Origin: Balanoglossus misakiensis
Taxonomy: Eukaryota > Animalia > Hemichordata
Length of the DNA: 64,000 nucleotides
Assembly (NCBI GenBank): GCA_040954595.2
Contig: CM082598.2
Coordinates: forward strand, 1,612,001 to 1,676,000
Direction of reading: 5' to 3'
Position 1 is the stretch's first letter; every line of letters starts with the position of its first letter. The translations under genes were made by a program, and so were the position numbers. Of this stretch, positions 27,301 to 42,262 are shown in pieces. The notes under the pieces were generated by a model, which was not told the DNA's origin, did not search any database, and saw nothing but the letters and a program-made list of their open reading frames with translations.

Positions 27301-30300
27301 ATGGCCGCACACTGCCTGGAAATTTGTACTGATGTAGTGCATGTGCCACATGTTGTGAAGACACAATGTATTTGTGGTAATCCAGCACTATAGACATGCA
27401 TTGCTATTAAGTGTAGTTTCTACACTTTGTAGGTTAATTATTTCAGAAAAGTGTTTGTCGAACGCGTGTGCCGCAGTATTAAAAACACATAGACGGCATG
27501 TGTGAGTGATGTCTGGACAAGCAGGCAACGTGCGGGAGAGACATCAGAAAGATGTTGATCTGCCATAAAGACCCATCCACACCAGTAGCCAACAATTAGT
27601 GATTCATCCGGTCTTGAAGTATTGCTATCAATAAACATCCTCATCAACATGTGTAGTGTAACGTTGCCACATTGAGCGCTATACGCCCCAGGGTATAAAA
27701 TATCAGTGACTCAGTCCATATATTCTGTAGATGCTGTCATTAATAATGCAAAACTTCAGCAGAAATCACCTACCCTCATTGATATTGGACTAGTTTAATG
27801 CGTCTTCTGTCTTTACGAGATTTCAAAACAGATTGCTACACTGTATCCTCTTTCTGGTCACGTCAGTTCTATAATTAGACGATCTCTTGTTCGTTCATAC
27901 GAGATGCAAAGTTATTAAACATTAGAAAGCGGAGAAAGATACAATTAAAGATATTTGTGTAGCAGTTATATTTTTGTGAGAACATAGGAATGTGTGGTTT
28001 TATGCGTAATAACCATAATATAGGGAATGTCAACCATGCTAATAATGAGACTCCTGAATCCTTTTGAAGCAGAATGAAAAAAATGATCCAAAATTACCTT
28101 CATTTCCCGAATTTTGTACATTAATTATCATGATATCATTTGAAATTGGATATTGTTGTCTCCTCTCTTAAATATCAACTTAAAATTCATGAAATTTGAA
28201 ACAGAAATGACAATTTTTCTCTCCGTAATTTGTTGCCTACATGTAGTTAGTTCACTGCAAGATTTGTCCTGCTGAAAGTTAAAGTTCCACATTCCTAAGT
28301 AATGTCCATAAATTTTATAGTCCATTCCAATGGAAAAGATTAACAAGATGAAGCCTTGTCTGTCTAGTCTGAAGTAACAATGTTTTGATAGAAAAATTCG
28401 TGAAAATCTAGATTCTATTGGACAGGTAAACTTTTAAGTTGGCAAACAGGCAACGCCCTACATGCTGTTCTATGTGGGCAACATTTCACATACAGCAGAC
28501 ATATGTGTTATGTACATGATAGGTCTAATATTGCAGTGGTCAGCATTCTACGCGAAGTACATAGCCGTCAGAGTACCTGATTTCTAAACGAAAATGACTG
28601 CCTATAAATACCTTTATTGAAATATTCACAACAGCAGGGGGTGGCCATAAACAACCTCACATCAGATACTTATCTGCCTCACAAAGCAATAAAGAAACCC
28701 TTGACAGATACTTTCCACTACCGCCCTGGGATATTTACATTTCTTTTGCTTTCTGGTATTTTTTATCTGTCTGTGGGTTTATAATGCCAACTATAATGAG
28801 ACGTAGAGCAAAGCTTGTAATGTCCCAGACAGCGTTCCTTCATAGAATCTTGCATTTAAAGGGACAAAGTCTCTCTCTCTCGCTGCCTTTTTTCCATTTA
28901 TGTTTGATACAAGACATCCAGGTTAGACACTAAAAAGTTACACATCCACTCAAATATGCCAGAAATATTTATACATGTATGCTACCGTGACGAAATGTCT
29001 TCCATAAAAGTAGGTTAGAAATGCCAATGAAGTTGACAAGCATGACTAATTCAAATATGAATAATTCATAAACTGTGTCTCACATTCTAATATTAGAATT
29101 CCGGTGTTCGAACTGATATACGGAATACTAATTGACAGTGTTTTAGGGGTTAATACTCAATGAGTCATCCTTCACTTGTTTACCTTATTTTCACCAGTTG
29201 ACTCTCGCAATATATTTTTCAGTAACGGAAAATTGCAAGTAAGAAAGCAGATATGTTCTGAAATGATTCAGACAAGAAAGTATGGTTTATCGTTTTAACC
29301 AGGGGGTAAATAATTAACGCGCACCTTGAAATTTAAGTTTGTGAATAAATACGTCATTTCAAATATATGAATTCAATCTCTGTGTTATTGCAACTTTTGT
29401 GAGTCACCGTACTTTAACTTAATATTTTATGTCTGTCAAATATAAAATTTTTCGCGTGACATTCCCTGTCACAGTTAATTTGAAGTGTCTTCTTGATCTC
29501 ACTAGCAGTTGAAGGACTGTTTTATTACATGGTTCCCCTTATGAGGGCGCTGTCACTGTAGTTTGCGCCCTTCTCCGTTATTTAGACACCTGTCCAATAA
29601 CGACAAACTTTCCAAACATGATTTAACTTTTGATATCTTGTTTTCCTCATCAGACACGAACAGATACCTGGAGCTTCCGGGCTATATCATGGAAAAAGCA
29701 GCCAATCTTCTGAGATCAACTAATGAATTCACACTAGTAGCTTCTATCAAACAAGACATCAGAAACTCTGGTAGCGTCTTTGCGATAGCAGAAGGGAGGT
29801 CGAAGTAAGTATTGATGGACTCTGTGCTATCACTATGGTTTGGTCCAGCTGTGTTATTTTCAATGATAAAGTTGGACCACTACATCAGAAAATGGGGGTG
29901 CAGGAGGATCATTATATATATGGTGAAATTTTGATTCATTTTGAAAATGTATCCATTGGTACAACCAAGGTGGTTTCTTATACGCCTTGTTTGACAAAAA
30001 AATATACATACGGTGTCCAACTTGAGTTTTTCTGTTGATATATTATATTATATAAAAACAGGGCAGACTTTTTGAATTCTAAATTTTGTTGATGTTTTTG
30101 CTATTTTCCACTTTTTGGCAGTGAAGTAACAACTACAAATAATACACAGTGAGTAAAGCTTTCTGGAATCTCAAAATTAATAATATCGTAGTTTACATTA
30201 ATTTCATGCTGGAAAATTTATTTAAGAACTATTTACTAATCATGCTTAAAGAAAATGAAAATCGGAAACAAGCTGATGAATTCAGATTGTTTTGCAGACA

Positions 30301-33300
30301 TTTTTTTCAACATTTTTTAGTCACTGGGTATCATGAAAATTTTGCTGTTTGATCCAAAAATTATCATTCATTATTGATTCACGTTTATTCAATTAAAATT
30401 CCTTGATTCGTCTCAACTGTCAAAGTTTGCGTTGTGAGTCATGACATTAGATTTGCACCAAAGCAAAGTTAGGGATCCATGGTGTAGATCCCCAGTTTCA
30501 AATTCCCAACTTGCCTGTATATTTTTTTCGTTTACTTTTGTTAGTGTATAGAGTGTGCACACAATCATACGTGTGGCATTTCTGTAACTAACACTGCAAG
30601 TTGTATTTGATCCAAAAGCATGTGCTTTGAGTGTCATATGTTGGACATATAACAAGAATATTTCTCAGCATGGCTTGGAACGGTGTGACATTTTTTTTTT
30701 GCCAGACAACTGTGTGATGACGTGCAAACAGACCCACCCCTTTCCCTCCCTACCCCTCTCTGCCCCCTTTCGTGGCATAAGTACCAGTAGCTCTGGTCAA
30801 ATAATGGATTCTTGTGGATTTATCAATTAAGATCTGACGAATATCGGTCACTCCTGTTGCAGATTTTTAGAACTCTACACAAGCACAAGACGGAGTGAGA
30901 TCAAATTTCTGTATACATCCGACAACGTCGTCCATCATGAGAAATTTCCGTACGACCTGAAGCCCGACACATGGACGAAGCTTGCAGTCACAGTCAGCGG
31001 AACGCACTTGTCGTTATACGTAGATTGTCAAAAAATCTACGAGAGAGTTATACATAAACCTGATCTGGATCTTGATATTAAAAATTTGGTGATGTATCTC
31101 GGGCAGCGGAATGAACAAGCTTTCTTCAAGGTTGGTTGATGTCATTATGTATTCATGTATTAAAGGGACGTTTGCTGTAACTTTTAGCACAATTTCCAGT
31201 ACAAATTTGGTACAATAACAATGCTGATGTAAAACTTGGATGACTTTTTGTTCCACAGGGAATGCTGCAAGATGTCAAACTGATTGTTGCAAGCCACGGA
31301 TACCTGTCACAGTGTTCAGAATTGGAACGACAATGCCCAACATGTGGTGAATATCAGCAGATGATTGAAACTATCGGTAAACTGTCCGATTTGCTACAGG
31401 CGATGGAAAATAGGGTAAGTTTTATTCTTTGGTCTCAAACTACATATAAAACAACCACCATTTTGTTGTAACCAGTGTTCTCCCCAGGGCAATTCATATT
31501 AACTTAAATATGTTAATGCTACCTAGGTGAGTGATAAATATCATGTGGTTAACATAGTTTCAAGATGGAGGATTTTTGCCATGTTGAATTATCTGTAAAA
31601 TTGGATCATACTGAAATTTTATAGGTTTCAAAAAAACGCTTTCTACAAGTAAAACGAGCCATCAGATTTGACAGGAAACTTTTCAGTATCACTTTTCTTG
31701 TGACCCATTTTCTTCGTAACTGCACAAGTTAATATTTGATTACAACTCGAAATGTCAGCATTAGTTAATTTAGAATATCCTCAAATGTAAATATTGCTGA
31801 ACTAATAAACAGTTGAGTCACTTTGTAGCCCTGGCGTATTTCTGTGGTGGTCTGAAACCCAACCATTGAAGTTTCCAGTCAGAATTTTGCAGTTTCTGTT
31901 GCATCAATGTATACTATCCTGTGAGGTCCACAGATAAAAAAAGTCTCATATAAAATCTGAAGTCTGTGGGGGACGAGATGACCAAATACCAGAACTAACT
32001 GTTACAAATCATGGCAACTAAGCTTGTAATTTTGTCATTGTATACCACAGGGGGATAATTTTAACCCTTATTATGTAGGAGGTTCTGGTGATAATAGTCT
32101 TAAAATTACCAAATAAATGTCGTAATGTAATATTTTATTGGCTGTCCTACCCCACTGTAGTTCTTTGGGTGGTATTTTTGGCTAAAATCGCATGATTGTA
32201 TGCTGATATGTGGAAGCTACCAAGTGTTGGTAAAATATCCACAAGTTCCACGTTTATGAGTTGCTGTGATGAGGCCAGTAAAATCCTTGCAGGGGGTTGT
32301 GTGTGTATGATACTGTGACATGTGGTCGTTCATTATACCTATCGACAAATTCAATTTCAAAAGAGGAGAAAGATGATGAGTGAATTGTTGTTAATTTATC
32401 AGGTTATCATAGCGGAAGAACGTATTGCGGAATTGGAAGAATGCAAATGTCAGAGATCTTGTGAGCACAATGAAATGTTGAAGCTTGACAGCGAGACTTG
32501 GACCGAAGACTGTCAAGACTGTACTTGTTCTGTAAGTTGAAAATTCTATGAATTCTTCTCCCAATTGGACAAAGTTGCACTCAATGTTCAAATAGTATTG
32601 TGTAATTACAGTGTGATTGGTCAACTAAGTCACATGATATAAATGTCTTTGCACCAAGTGATGATGTGATTGGCCAACAAAGAGTCACCTGATGCCAACG
32701 ACAGAACCCCGCAAGTTTGTGATTGGTCAAGATTCCATCACATGACACATTTTTTGTGTTTCAGGGTGGTAATGTAGAGTGTAGTCCTGTGGCATGTCCT
32801 GTGGTCTCATGCAAGTACCCAATCATTCCTGATGGCCAGTGTTGTCCTGTGTGCAGACGTAAGTACATTCATCATCTTCATATTCTAATTTTGTCATTCA
32901 TCCAGTGCAGTCCAAGTAATACATTTGAATCTTCAAAAACAGTAGCAATTCAAAAGACTGTGAATTTCTTCACTTTGCTGAGGACATACAAATTACAATG
33001 TTCTGGTAGAAATGTTTCTGCTGAACTCAATTTAACCTGATTCCTCTGTTATTTTTTCCATGTAGAACAATGTTATTTCAGTGGTCAGATCCTTGATGAT
33101 GGTGAAGAGATTTCACCTAGAAGATGTGTATCGTGCAAATGTCAGGTAAGCAGTTTGTCTCGTTGAAAGTATGGACATTTCAGCCTGTCATAACCCACCG
33201 ATAGTGTTCCTGAACCCTTCCACTACCATGGTTTGGTCCAAATCCATTGTTTTCTATGGTAAAGTTGGACCTCTATACAGGGAAGTGGGGGTGAAAGGCC

Positions 33301-36128
33301 TCCTTTAAAAGGATTGTTAGGGAAGAGTGCCGCTTCAAGTTGCTGGGCCCAGGTCTATATGGTTTGTTCTGTCCCCTTACACCGGGTACCACAGTTTATG
33401 TGCCAACTGGCTTTTAAAAAATGCCTGACAGATTTCACTTGTTATCTACAGGATGGAGACACCTCGTGTGTACGCCTGGTTCCAGAAGAGATATGTCCTA
33501 AGTTAAGTTGTCCGGTGGAAGAGCAGTTCAGTGTTGATGGAGAATGTTGTAAATTCTGTCAAGGTATATATGATGCAAATTAGCTATAATGTAAGCTTTA
33601 AAACAAGCGTTCATCTGTTTCTCAGCTTTAGCTATAGTTTCGTCTTTGGAAAACATCCCGTAAAAATCAGAGACGACATGAACACACGTTGTACTCATGA
33701 GTACGGTACAGAGCCCTCTCCTGGTGCAAAATTGCAGATTTCCACCTAACTTTCTTCTCATTCTAGGCGTCGACTATTGCCATGAAGGCAACGACTGTCA
33801 TCCCAACGCCACCTGCATCACCCTCGCCACGTCCCACACCTGCCAGTGTAAACCTGGTTTCCAAGGCGACGGCAAAGTGTGCGTTGACGTTGATGAGTGC
33901 AAGACAGACGGTGGACCCTACGGCCACCATTGTCGCGAGAGTGCCGTGTGTGTCAACGTGCCAGGGTCCTATATTTGCCAGTGTCTGCCGGGATACAAGA
34001 GAGTGGATGGATTCACCTGTATAGGTAATACATCTTTAATCACATTTTGGTGTCTGATCACTGTATGAAAGGAGAATACATCAAAACATTCTCTTGTAAG
34101 TAAACAGTTAATTAACTTTCTTAATTTTTCCACCTAGAACTTGATGAATGTTTCGAAGAAGTGGATGAATGTCATGCAAATGCTCAGTGCATCAATACAG
34201 TTGGAAGTTACAAGTGTCAGTGTCTACCTGGATATGAAGGCGATGGCTTTTATTGTCAAGGTATAGTACCACACATTTCCATCAATCGACTGTTTCTGAT
34301 CCCTGCCTGTTTTTGTCAAGCTGTAGTCATTTATTTTTGTGTGTTTGTTTCTACAGCTATATGTGACAGAAGATGCAAGAATGGAGGTTGGTGTGCCAGA
34401 CCCAATGTGTGTCACTGTCCGTCGGGATATCTCGGTGCTCAGTGTCAAACAGGTTAGTGATCGAACAAGATGGCGGACGTCCAGTGAAATTTCTGTCAAA
34501 CACAGACACTGTAGAAAACTGGAATTGTAATACCGGTAGAAGGAAACATACAAAGGGAATTGAAGTACAGAACGCACCTGTGAGGACAACATAGACAGTC
34601 TAAAATTTACATGCAGTTTCTTGTACCAATTTAAACCTCTGATTCTCAATTCACAGATATCGACGAGTGTGCATCAGGTACCCATGGTTGTCATAGCAAC
34701 TCAGAATGCATCAACCTACCGGGAAGCTACTATTGTCAGTGCAAGACTGGTTACTATAGCAACATCGTGTCTCATTCTGATTTGGGTGCATCATGCCGAG
34801 GTAGGTCAATGATCTGAGGTCAACACTGAGGGCGTGTACATCCATTTCCAGAATTTGATTTGTACAGTACTAAACTGGAAGAACTGATGGGATTGGCCGA
34901 ATATATTTCATTTCAATATACATTGTACTTCACAGAGAAGCAAACAAAACTGAAAACATTGTCAAAAATTGTTACAGATATATTTTAAAGACAAACTGTG
35001 TTTCCCTTTCAGACATTGACGAGTGCCACTTCGATGGCAGTATGGGCCACACGTGCCACGACGACATGACCTGTGTCAACGAAGACGGCGGCTACCAGTG
35101 CCAATGTAACGACATCGACCAGTGCCACGGTAGATGTATATACGAGGGGGAGGAGAAGAGAAATGGACAACAATTCAAGCCGACAGATACGTGCTACACT
35201 TGTACTTGTCAGGTAAGTTTGAGGGTGATTTGCCCACTCTCTGGCTTACTGTATATACAGTATGTACGTATGTACAGTATATATGTACATGTATGTATGT
35301 ATATACATTTGTATGTACATGTATATTTATTTACTTGTTTGTTTGTTTCATTGATGATTATTTGCTCATCTCCCCAGGATGGCGTTACAGAATGTTCAGC
35401 AGATGAGTGTGACTGCTCGTCCGACACAGTGGATTTGAAATGCTGCCCTCACTGTGATTTCAACGGGCAGTGTTTGCATCAGGACAGACCAGTGGTGTAT
35501 GACAACGGTGATCGTTGGCAGTACATGTGCCAGAACTGTCAGTGTGTAGTGAGTATTTCAATGTTCATTCTTCAGAGAGAGAGACAGACAGACAGATAGA
35601 GAAAGAGATACAGACAGACAAAGTACGGTATGAGTATGATTGATAGTTTGCTGTGCCTTTATAACATTGAATTGTATGTTCATGATGTTTTTTAGAACGG
35701 AAGGATAGACTGTGTAGATGACAACTGCCCACGGCTGAACTGCGAGGACACCGTCACTGTGGTTGGCCAGTGCTGTCCGATATGCCTTGCAGATGTCTGC
35801 AGCGTGGACGTTGCTGATGACCTCATCAAGAGTGGTGATGATGTCACCAGAACGTGTGCACATAATGGAGGCGAATATGCAGATGGGGATAGATGGAAGC
35901 TGGATAGTGATCTGTGTACGGAATGTGTTTGTCGGGTAAGTAATCGTGATCATGACCAGTTCGTTAAAAATTAGATGGGGTATTTATTTTGATTTTTATA
36001 CAATCAAGTTATGTTTTGTACCTGTTCACTTAGAATTTGGCAACAATTTTGTTAATTCTCACAACTTTCTTTCTTTTTTAAATTTTCAGCGTGGACACAC
36101 CTGCTGCTCATTCAACCCTGCATGTTGA
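18326..36128 (+). CDS. NELL2: NELL1/NELL2-like secreted protein (signal peptide, TSPN/LamG, coiled coil, 2 vWC, 6 EGF, 3 vWC). Exons 18326-18401, 26925-27053, 29654-29804, 30863-31130, 31259-31414, 32403-32531, 32765-32858, 33066-33145, 33452-33563, 33767-34024, 34138-34260, 34357-34452, 34657-34800, 35013-35212, 35378-35548, 35696-35935, 36090-36128
   Basis: GT-AG exons give [12 protein letters not shown]...[16 protein letters not shown], a LamG domain ([19 protein letters not shown]), CPTC + coiled coil, vWC CCPVC motifs, Ca-binding EGF repeats (DVDEC, DIDEC) and C-terminal CCSFNPAC*. This is the NELL domain order. NELL1 versus NELL2 cannot be resolved; probably a single pro-ortholog. AATAAA at ~36466. 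Confidence 0.92.
22305..22425. mobile_element. Tc1/mariner/pogo-type MITE in NELL intron 1
   Basis: Terminal inverted repeats CAGTCAAACCTGT ... ACAGGTTTGACT, preceded by TA and followed by TA. Confidence 0.6.
29831..29906. mobile_element. Degenerate copy of the ~80-bp MITE family (NELL intron)
   Basis: Shares ATGGTTTGGTCCA...TAAAGTTGGACC...TGGGGGTG with the 33213 copy. Confidence 0.45.
33213..33298. mobile_element. ~85-bp MITE family copy (NELL intron)
   Basis: AACCCTTCCAC...ATGGTTTGGTCCAAATCCATTG...AAAGTTGGACCTCTA...GGGGGTGAAAGG. Confidence 0.55.
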
Positions 36129-39085
36129 AAAGCCACAAACTCAAAGACCAAGAAATCCTGATGTTACTTAAAATTTGAGATATTGTCAAAAGTATGAAAA
36201 AGTTGTATTTATGCAAAAATTTAAGAAAGTTGGATATTTACTAGTCATTTACACAATTTTGGCAACCTGATGAATGTACTGTATTGGTGATGGTGGCGGA
36301 GATGGCGCCCTCACACGTGATGTATGGTCATGGCTTTTGTTTTTAAAGAAGTGGTTCTATTCAGTAACTATTTCAGTGTTTCTGGTATATTTGTGATATT
36401 TGTAACATGTCATAATTTAAAGATATTTTGTATGGGAATCTGCATATTATACCAGATGTAATTGGAATAAAAAAATATCAATGTTGGCTTTAGGATAGGG
36501 AGTTCTTTATGACCAAAAAGTTATTAGTATATTTTCAATTGTAGGAAATTCATGATGTTTGTAGCGTACTTGAATATTGGAGTCCGTTTATCATTGTCTT
36601 GTATCAGAGAGACTTTACCGCTATCAATCGGGGCCCAGATTCTATATGTTGAAAAATAAGACTAGTTTTTTATCAAAGACAGCGAAAACCCTAAATGCAC
36701 ATGGTACATTGAAAAAGAGTTCACATCACAATGAATCAAGCTTGAATTGATTGCCGAAATTCCAGACCTCAAAGTGCTCTAAGTTTGAAGTCATATTTAT
36801 TCATATAGAAAGTTGTAAATTTTCAAAGCAAGTTTTTTCAAGTTCATTTGCATTTATTATGAAATTTTGACATTTTTTATGTTTTTACGTATTTAGGTAA
36901 TTTGTGGTTAATCATATTATGCAAATTTAATTTTACTCAGGTATATTGGGATTAAATTAAGTTTTATCCTTCTTAGAGTTAGTCTCTGTAGCATTATACC
37001 ATTTGATTATGGGATTGATATACAACCAAATTCAGCCATCTCACCACGTTGTGTGTCAAGCTAATACAACCAAAATCAGTTATCCGACCACATTCAGGCA
37101 CACAGCCAAATTCATGTTACCAACCCTCACACTCTTACTGCCAAATTTAACTATTGCACACTTACAATCAAACAGATTTTAATGTCACACATATACACAC
37201 TTACAACCAATTTCAATAGACCTGCAACGTTGGCTACAACCAGAGCAAGCTACCTCAGCCAGTATGATGCACATTCAAAATGGCAGCCATACTCTCTCTT
37301 CTTACCTAAGCATAAATAATACACACTTTTGTTCTCTGTGTTAAAATTCAGCAGGAAATGTTGCATGCTTTTTTCAGTGTTTATATTAATCAACACAAGT
37401 ATGATTAAAGGAAATAATTGAAAATATTTATAACTATCCAGCTCACTGCCACATGTACAAAAGTAAGATTTTTGCAAAATATCAATGTTGCAAGATTGTG
37501 TCATTTCTACTGGTGTAGCCTTTAGTCACACAGCAAACAGAAACTTCTCACAGCTTTATTCTCATAATTAGGTAAATTTCTAAATGCCAAAGATCCCACA
37601 CTGAAATGATGTCTCCCATCTCAGGCGTTTAAAATAATTTAATTCTGATTTCAGCTTCTTAAAGGCTTGTTAACTCATCTCTCATATTACACTGAACATT
37701 TCATACAGTCTTCTCTCTAATTTATTTAAAAACTTGTTTCCATAACAACAGATCAATTTCACTAATTTATTCAAAGTTATGCACAATCACTATGACCACA
37801 CCAGCAACATATGTAAATCGACCAACAAAATGTAATCTTGCACTTTTGACTTTATTAGTAGTAGCAAAACATATTTTTCACTAATTTATTTAAATTCATG
37901 CATATATTGACTTGTGTATCTTTTATCTTGAATGTCGAGTAAAAAATAGAAAGTAGCAAATCTGTTTTATGGTCACAACTTTTCACTGAGTCCTGTGTAA
38001 TAGAAATGTATTCCAAGTTTTTTGTACTTTTGCTTTCTATGTATGTTATCAAATTACTTTTTCTGACATGGTAAATTTTCTAGACAATTGAAATTAATTT
38101 TAAAGATGAGATTTGTCTTCAGTGTCATTTTGTCATGCTTTTTCCGTGATATGCAGAGTAGCTGTTGTTCTCAGGAACTTTCTTGTTGCATAATATTTCC
38201 ACCGACAATCTATTCAAAAGAGGCACTCTTTAATATATTAAAGTTGCTACGTTTGTATTTGAAAACTGTGTTATATGTAGGGCTACAGTCACTATGTCCT
38301 CACCGGCAATCGTCATGGCGATAATGAGTGTCATTCATACTGTGATAAGTTGTTCAAATTCTCACCAAGATTTTACCCAATATTCACTTTATCATATAAT
38401 GTAATTTGCAGTTATATGACAATAGAATCAACAGTTATATGATAATAAATCAACATAAATAGGATTCTGATACTGTTACTTCTGTTGTGCTGCACTAAGA
38501 AAAATTGACATGGTCTCATTTGTGAGAGAAAAACACATAAATGGCCTCATGAATTAGTTCCAGTTTGAATTCCTATACTGTGCCTGTAGTTTTCAATCGA
38601 TTACATCTTATAGTTCATGTAGGCGAGAAAATAAGTTCATGTCTGCCAAACCAAGCACGTGTTCTGTTGAATAGGCAATATTTGCCCCTAGGGGTTCGAC
38701 TTTTGAAAACTATACTTGCACGCATACCCGAAGTATTTGCTTTTGAAACAATCGAAGCAGACGGATCGGACTGGACAAACACGCAAACTTTTCAACGAGT
38801 TCTGATTTTCAGATAGCTAATTGCTTGCTTACGCCTACGTTTCTAGGTTTGAAGGGTATTTCTTTGTTTGTGTTTGGTTTTTTAAAAAGCCAATGTCGTC
38901 GTGTGTATCCACGATATGCTGGCTCGGTTGTCGAGGACTGAAGGCTTCAGTGGTGTGTGTCCTTTTTAACATTGTTGGTGACAAGAACCATATAACGCGA
39001 ACAAGTCAAAAATAGTCATTGTTGACAATGGTCCATTGTCAGCCAACCTTGCATGAAGTGTAGTACCTCTCGTGACAAACAAACT

Positions 39086-39099
39086 GTTGCCATGGTAAC
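39086..39099. promoter_or_regulatory. RFX X-box motif
   Basis: GTTGCCATGGTAAC is a near-perfect palindromic X-box; it is followed by a second X-box-like GTCTCGCTGGAAAC, in a CpG-richer intergenic segment. Confidence 0.5.
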
Positions 39100-40794
39100 C
39101 TGTCTCGCTGGAAACAACGCAGCTTGGGGACAGATGTGCCTACGCGATTCATCGACTCTAGGCAGCCTTGGAACTTCGAACATTACTTTCCGATCTATTA
39201 CTGGTTGGTATTGCAAATTATAACATCAGTGGTCGCCCCACAGACGAAAATAGACCAAAAAATTAAAAACACACACAGAATAGTTATAAAGCGGAAACTT
39301 TCAATCCCTGTGATTGCATACTTGCTTTGGCGGAGCTTCCTACCTCTCTCTCGGTCTCCGTCTGTGTGTCTGTCTGTGTGTTTGTCTGTCTGTCTCTCTC
39401 CGTCTCTCTGTCTATATGTATCTCTCCTATACATCTCTCAGAATATCCATGGAATATCTAACTTTATATAAACTACATTTTTGTATATAGTCGCGATCGG
39501 CAGAAATTCTATGTTGCTTCAAGTTCAATTAGACATATACTTGACCTTGCCACGCTCCTTGACTGCATTGCGACCTGTTTTAATTCCTCTAAGCTCGAGG
39601 TTTTTGAGTAACAGCGCAGATAAAGGGATCTCATGGCTTGGTGTCTATTGTTTAAACCGTCTAGCGACTATTATTATGATAATAGCGAACCACCCCTACT
39701 ATCCTATTAAGCGTCGGGTCCGTCGTCATGACGACCGTGACCTCAACGCTAGCTGTTGGTAGTCTTGCATGTTCAGTGGGTTGACATACGGGCATTGGAG
39801 TGTGGTGTGAAAAGGCTATAGTCATTGAAGCGACGGCGTTTTATTTATTCTGCCGTTACGGCATGGAGTAATTTTACTCAACGGCAGCCAACCGAACGAT
39901 ACTAAACTAGGGTTGACAGAAAGGCGAGAAGGCAACCTCGGGCGTGACACTATCCCAGCCGCGCAGACATTGGAAAGCAACAAGTTGTTAGGGGCGGCGT
40001 GGAGTCCATTGGAACACTGAGGTCCGAGTTCTTTCAGTTGAGGTAAGCACGCCGTGTGTCTAACGTTGCTAAAGAGTTCCAGACTTTGTAACCGGTTGCC
40101 AAGCATACTACTTGTGGGTTTAGAAAACTTAAAACAACTTGTGGTGGGGAGACAGTTTGGAAAAGTCGGAAAACGACGGCCAGTGTTCAAGACAAAACTG
40201 CCGCAATCGTGTCTGTGTACACAGTAGGAACACAGTTGACTTTACCGATGTGCTAGAATTTTAAGACCAGTCTACTATAGCCAAAAACACCAGTAAAATC
40301 TTACACAACCAAACTTAAAAAAACGCTTGGTGTAAACACTCAAAGTTTGTTTTCAAACGCATAACAGTCAACAGTTAAGATTGATTGGTGAATGTTGATC
40401 GGCCCACGGCCTGGCAGAATAACACTTATCTCTCTCTTATCCAAAGTAGCTATATATCTTGTTACTGTAGACTTAGATAATCGAAAACATGTCGACTGAC
40501 ATGGCCCCTATAAGACCACAAATCTCCACAGCCACAGTCCTGATATAAATCTGTTTACATGTGCATTTAGAGTTCAGGAGTGTACGGCCCTGACGCATGA
40601 AGTGTACCGTACTTTGCACAGAACAAGTATTGTCATAATATGCACGACTCCACCACAAACCCCGCTGAGTTTCCTCGAAGGCAACAGCTAGCTTGGTGTA
40701 TTAAACATACGAATCGTCACGTAGTAGTCACGACAGTGGGAAATAAACATTGTAAGCGACACCTAAAGCATATTTGATAAACATGTAAATAAAT

Positions 40795-40799
40795 ACATG

Positions 40800-40866
<67 letters not shown>

Positions 40867-40890
40867 ATACATGTAAATAAATAAATAAAA
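40795..40890. repeat. (TAAA)n microsatellite
   Basis: Directly visible tandem TAAA units. Confidence 0.95.
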
Positions 40891-42262
40891 AGTCCGTGAC
40901 GAAAACCCACAAACCAAAATATCTGGCCAATCGATCACGGCATTCGAGATGCCAGTTACCGTTGTTGGTTCATCTATAGTGAAAAGAGGTACAGTACAGT
41001 AATTATACCAAAGTGATCTATCGTTAGGTTTTGACAAAGCCTTGTGTACAAACAGAGACTGATTACTTGTAAAGGTCCCCGATACATTGCAAGCCAGGGA
41101 CTACCTTTGTCCGTTCGCTGTGGTTACGTACTGTACACTATACACACGATGACTGACAATGAGGGCAACAGATATTAATGTTGCCTGCCCCGTCCTGTCA
41201 TGTCTGTCACCAAAGCCAATAGTTAAAGTCGCCGGCCAATTTTGCGCGTACCTCAGTTGTAACGGCCACAACGCCCCCAGGTAAGGGGTCTAGCAAAGCA
41301 TTGAATGCTTGCTCATTATGTAAGACCTCGACTGTTGAAGAAAGTACACGACAGTTTCTGTACAGTAGATTCTGTGGACAATACATAATCTTTTTGGTAG
41401 TTCCGTCCAAAAAAGAAAACACCAATTTTGTCGAGTTGGAACTGTGGTTCTGGTCTGACACAAATGGTTACAAATTGATTGTAATGATTCATTCATTGCG
41501 CATGCCCGCCCCATTACTGTCATCGTAAAACTTTTTACGATTTCAACTACATCAACAGTATCTTGTTCGACAAGGTGGCAGTTATAAAGTGAGTTGTGTT
41601 ATTGATCCACACTGAAAGATTCATAGTTTGCAAGTTTTTTGTCTGGCCACATGGCAAGCTAAATTGTGGACTGCAGGTTACCTGTCCAATTTACATGTAT
41701 TTTGGCCGAGGAGTGTACCTTGGATTTTTACCACAGTCGAATTCCAACCAAATAGTTATCCTTGGAAAAAATCGCACATACACTCTACTACTGATACATC
41801 GATATCTCAAAACCCTTATTCACACCAAAATGATTGCCATATTTGTCCATTGAAATACAAGTCATCGATCGACGGTCCGGTCTCTAAGAATCGATCAAGA
41901 TGACCTATGATTAGTAGACTGAATCGATAAGTTATGAAACAAAAACACGATCGCACCTTTTTTATAGCAAACCAATAAAGCCACTAATCTTGCAATAATA
42001 TTTTACGAGATAGATTTTTTCTGAGTCACAATTCCGGTGTTCGCCAGCTTGGACCACCACCAAAACCACCAACACCGCCGCCATTATCATCATCATCACC
42101 ATCATCATGGAACAAAAGTAACAGCTTCTGGCATGTTAAACACAGTTTCTGCCAAAGACTAAAAACATTTCTTGTGTTCAATTTCAGTAAAATAAATTCA
42201 TCGGATGACTGACAGCTGAAATACATTGCAAGTGACGTCACCAACCGGCTCCCACGGTCACC

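Noticed and set aside
39822-40190. 122-aa minus-strand ORF in the intergenic region
   Set aside because: Non-ATG start, no recognisable motif and no supporting splice structure
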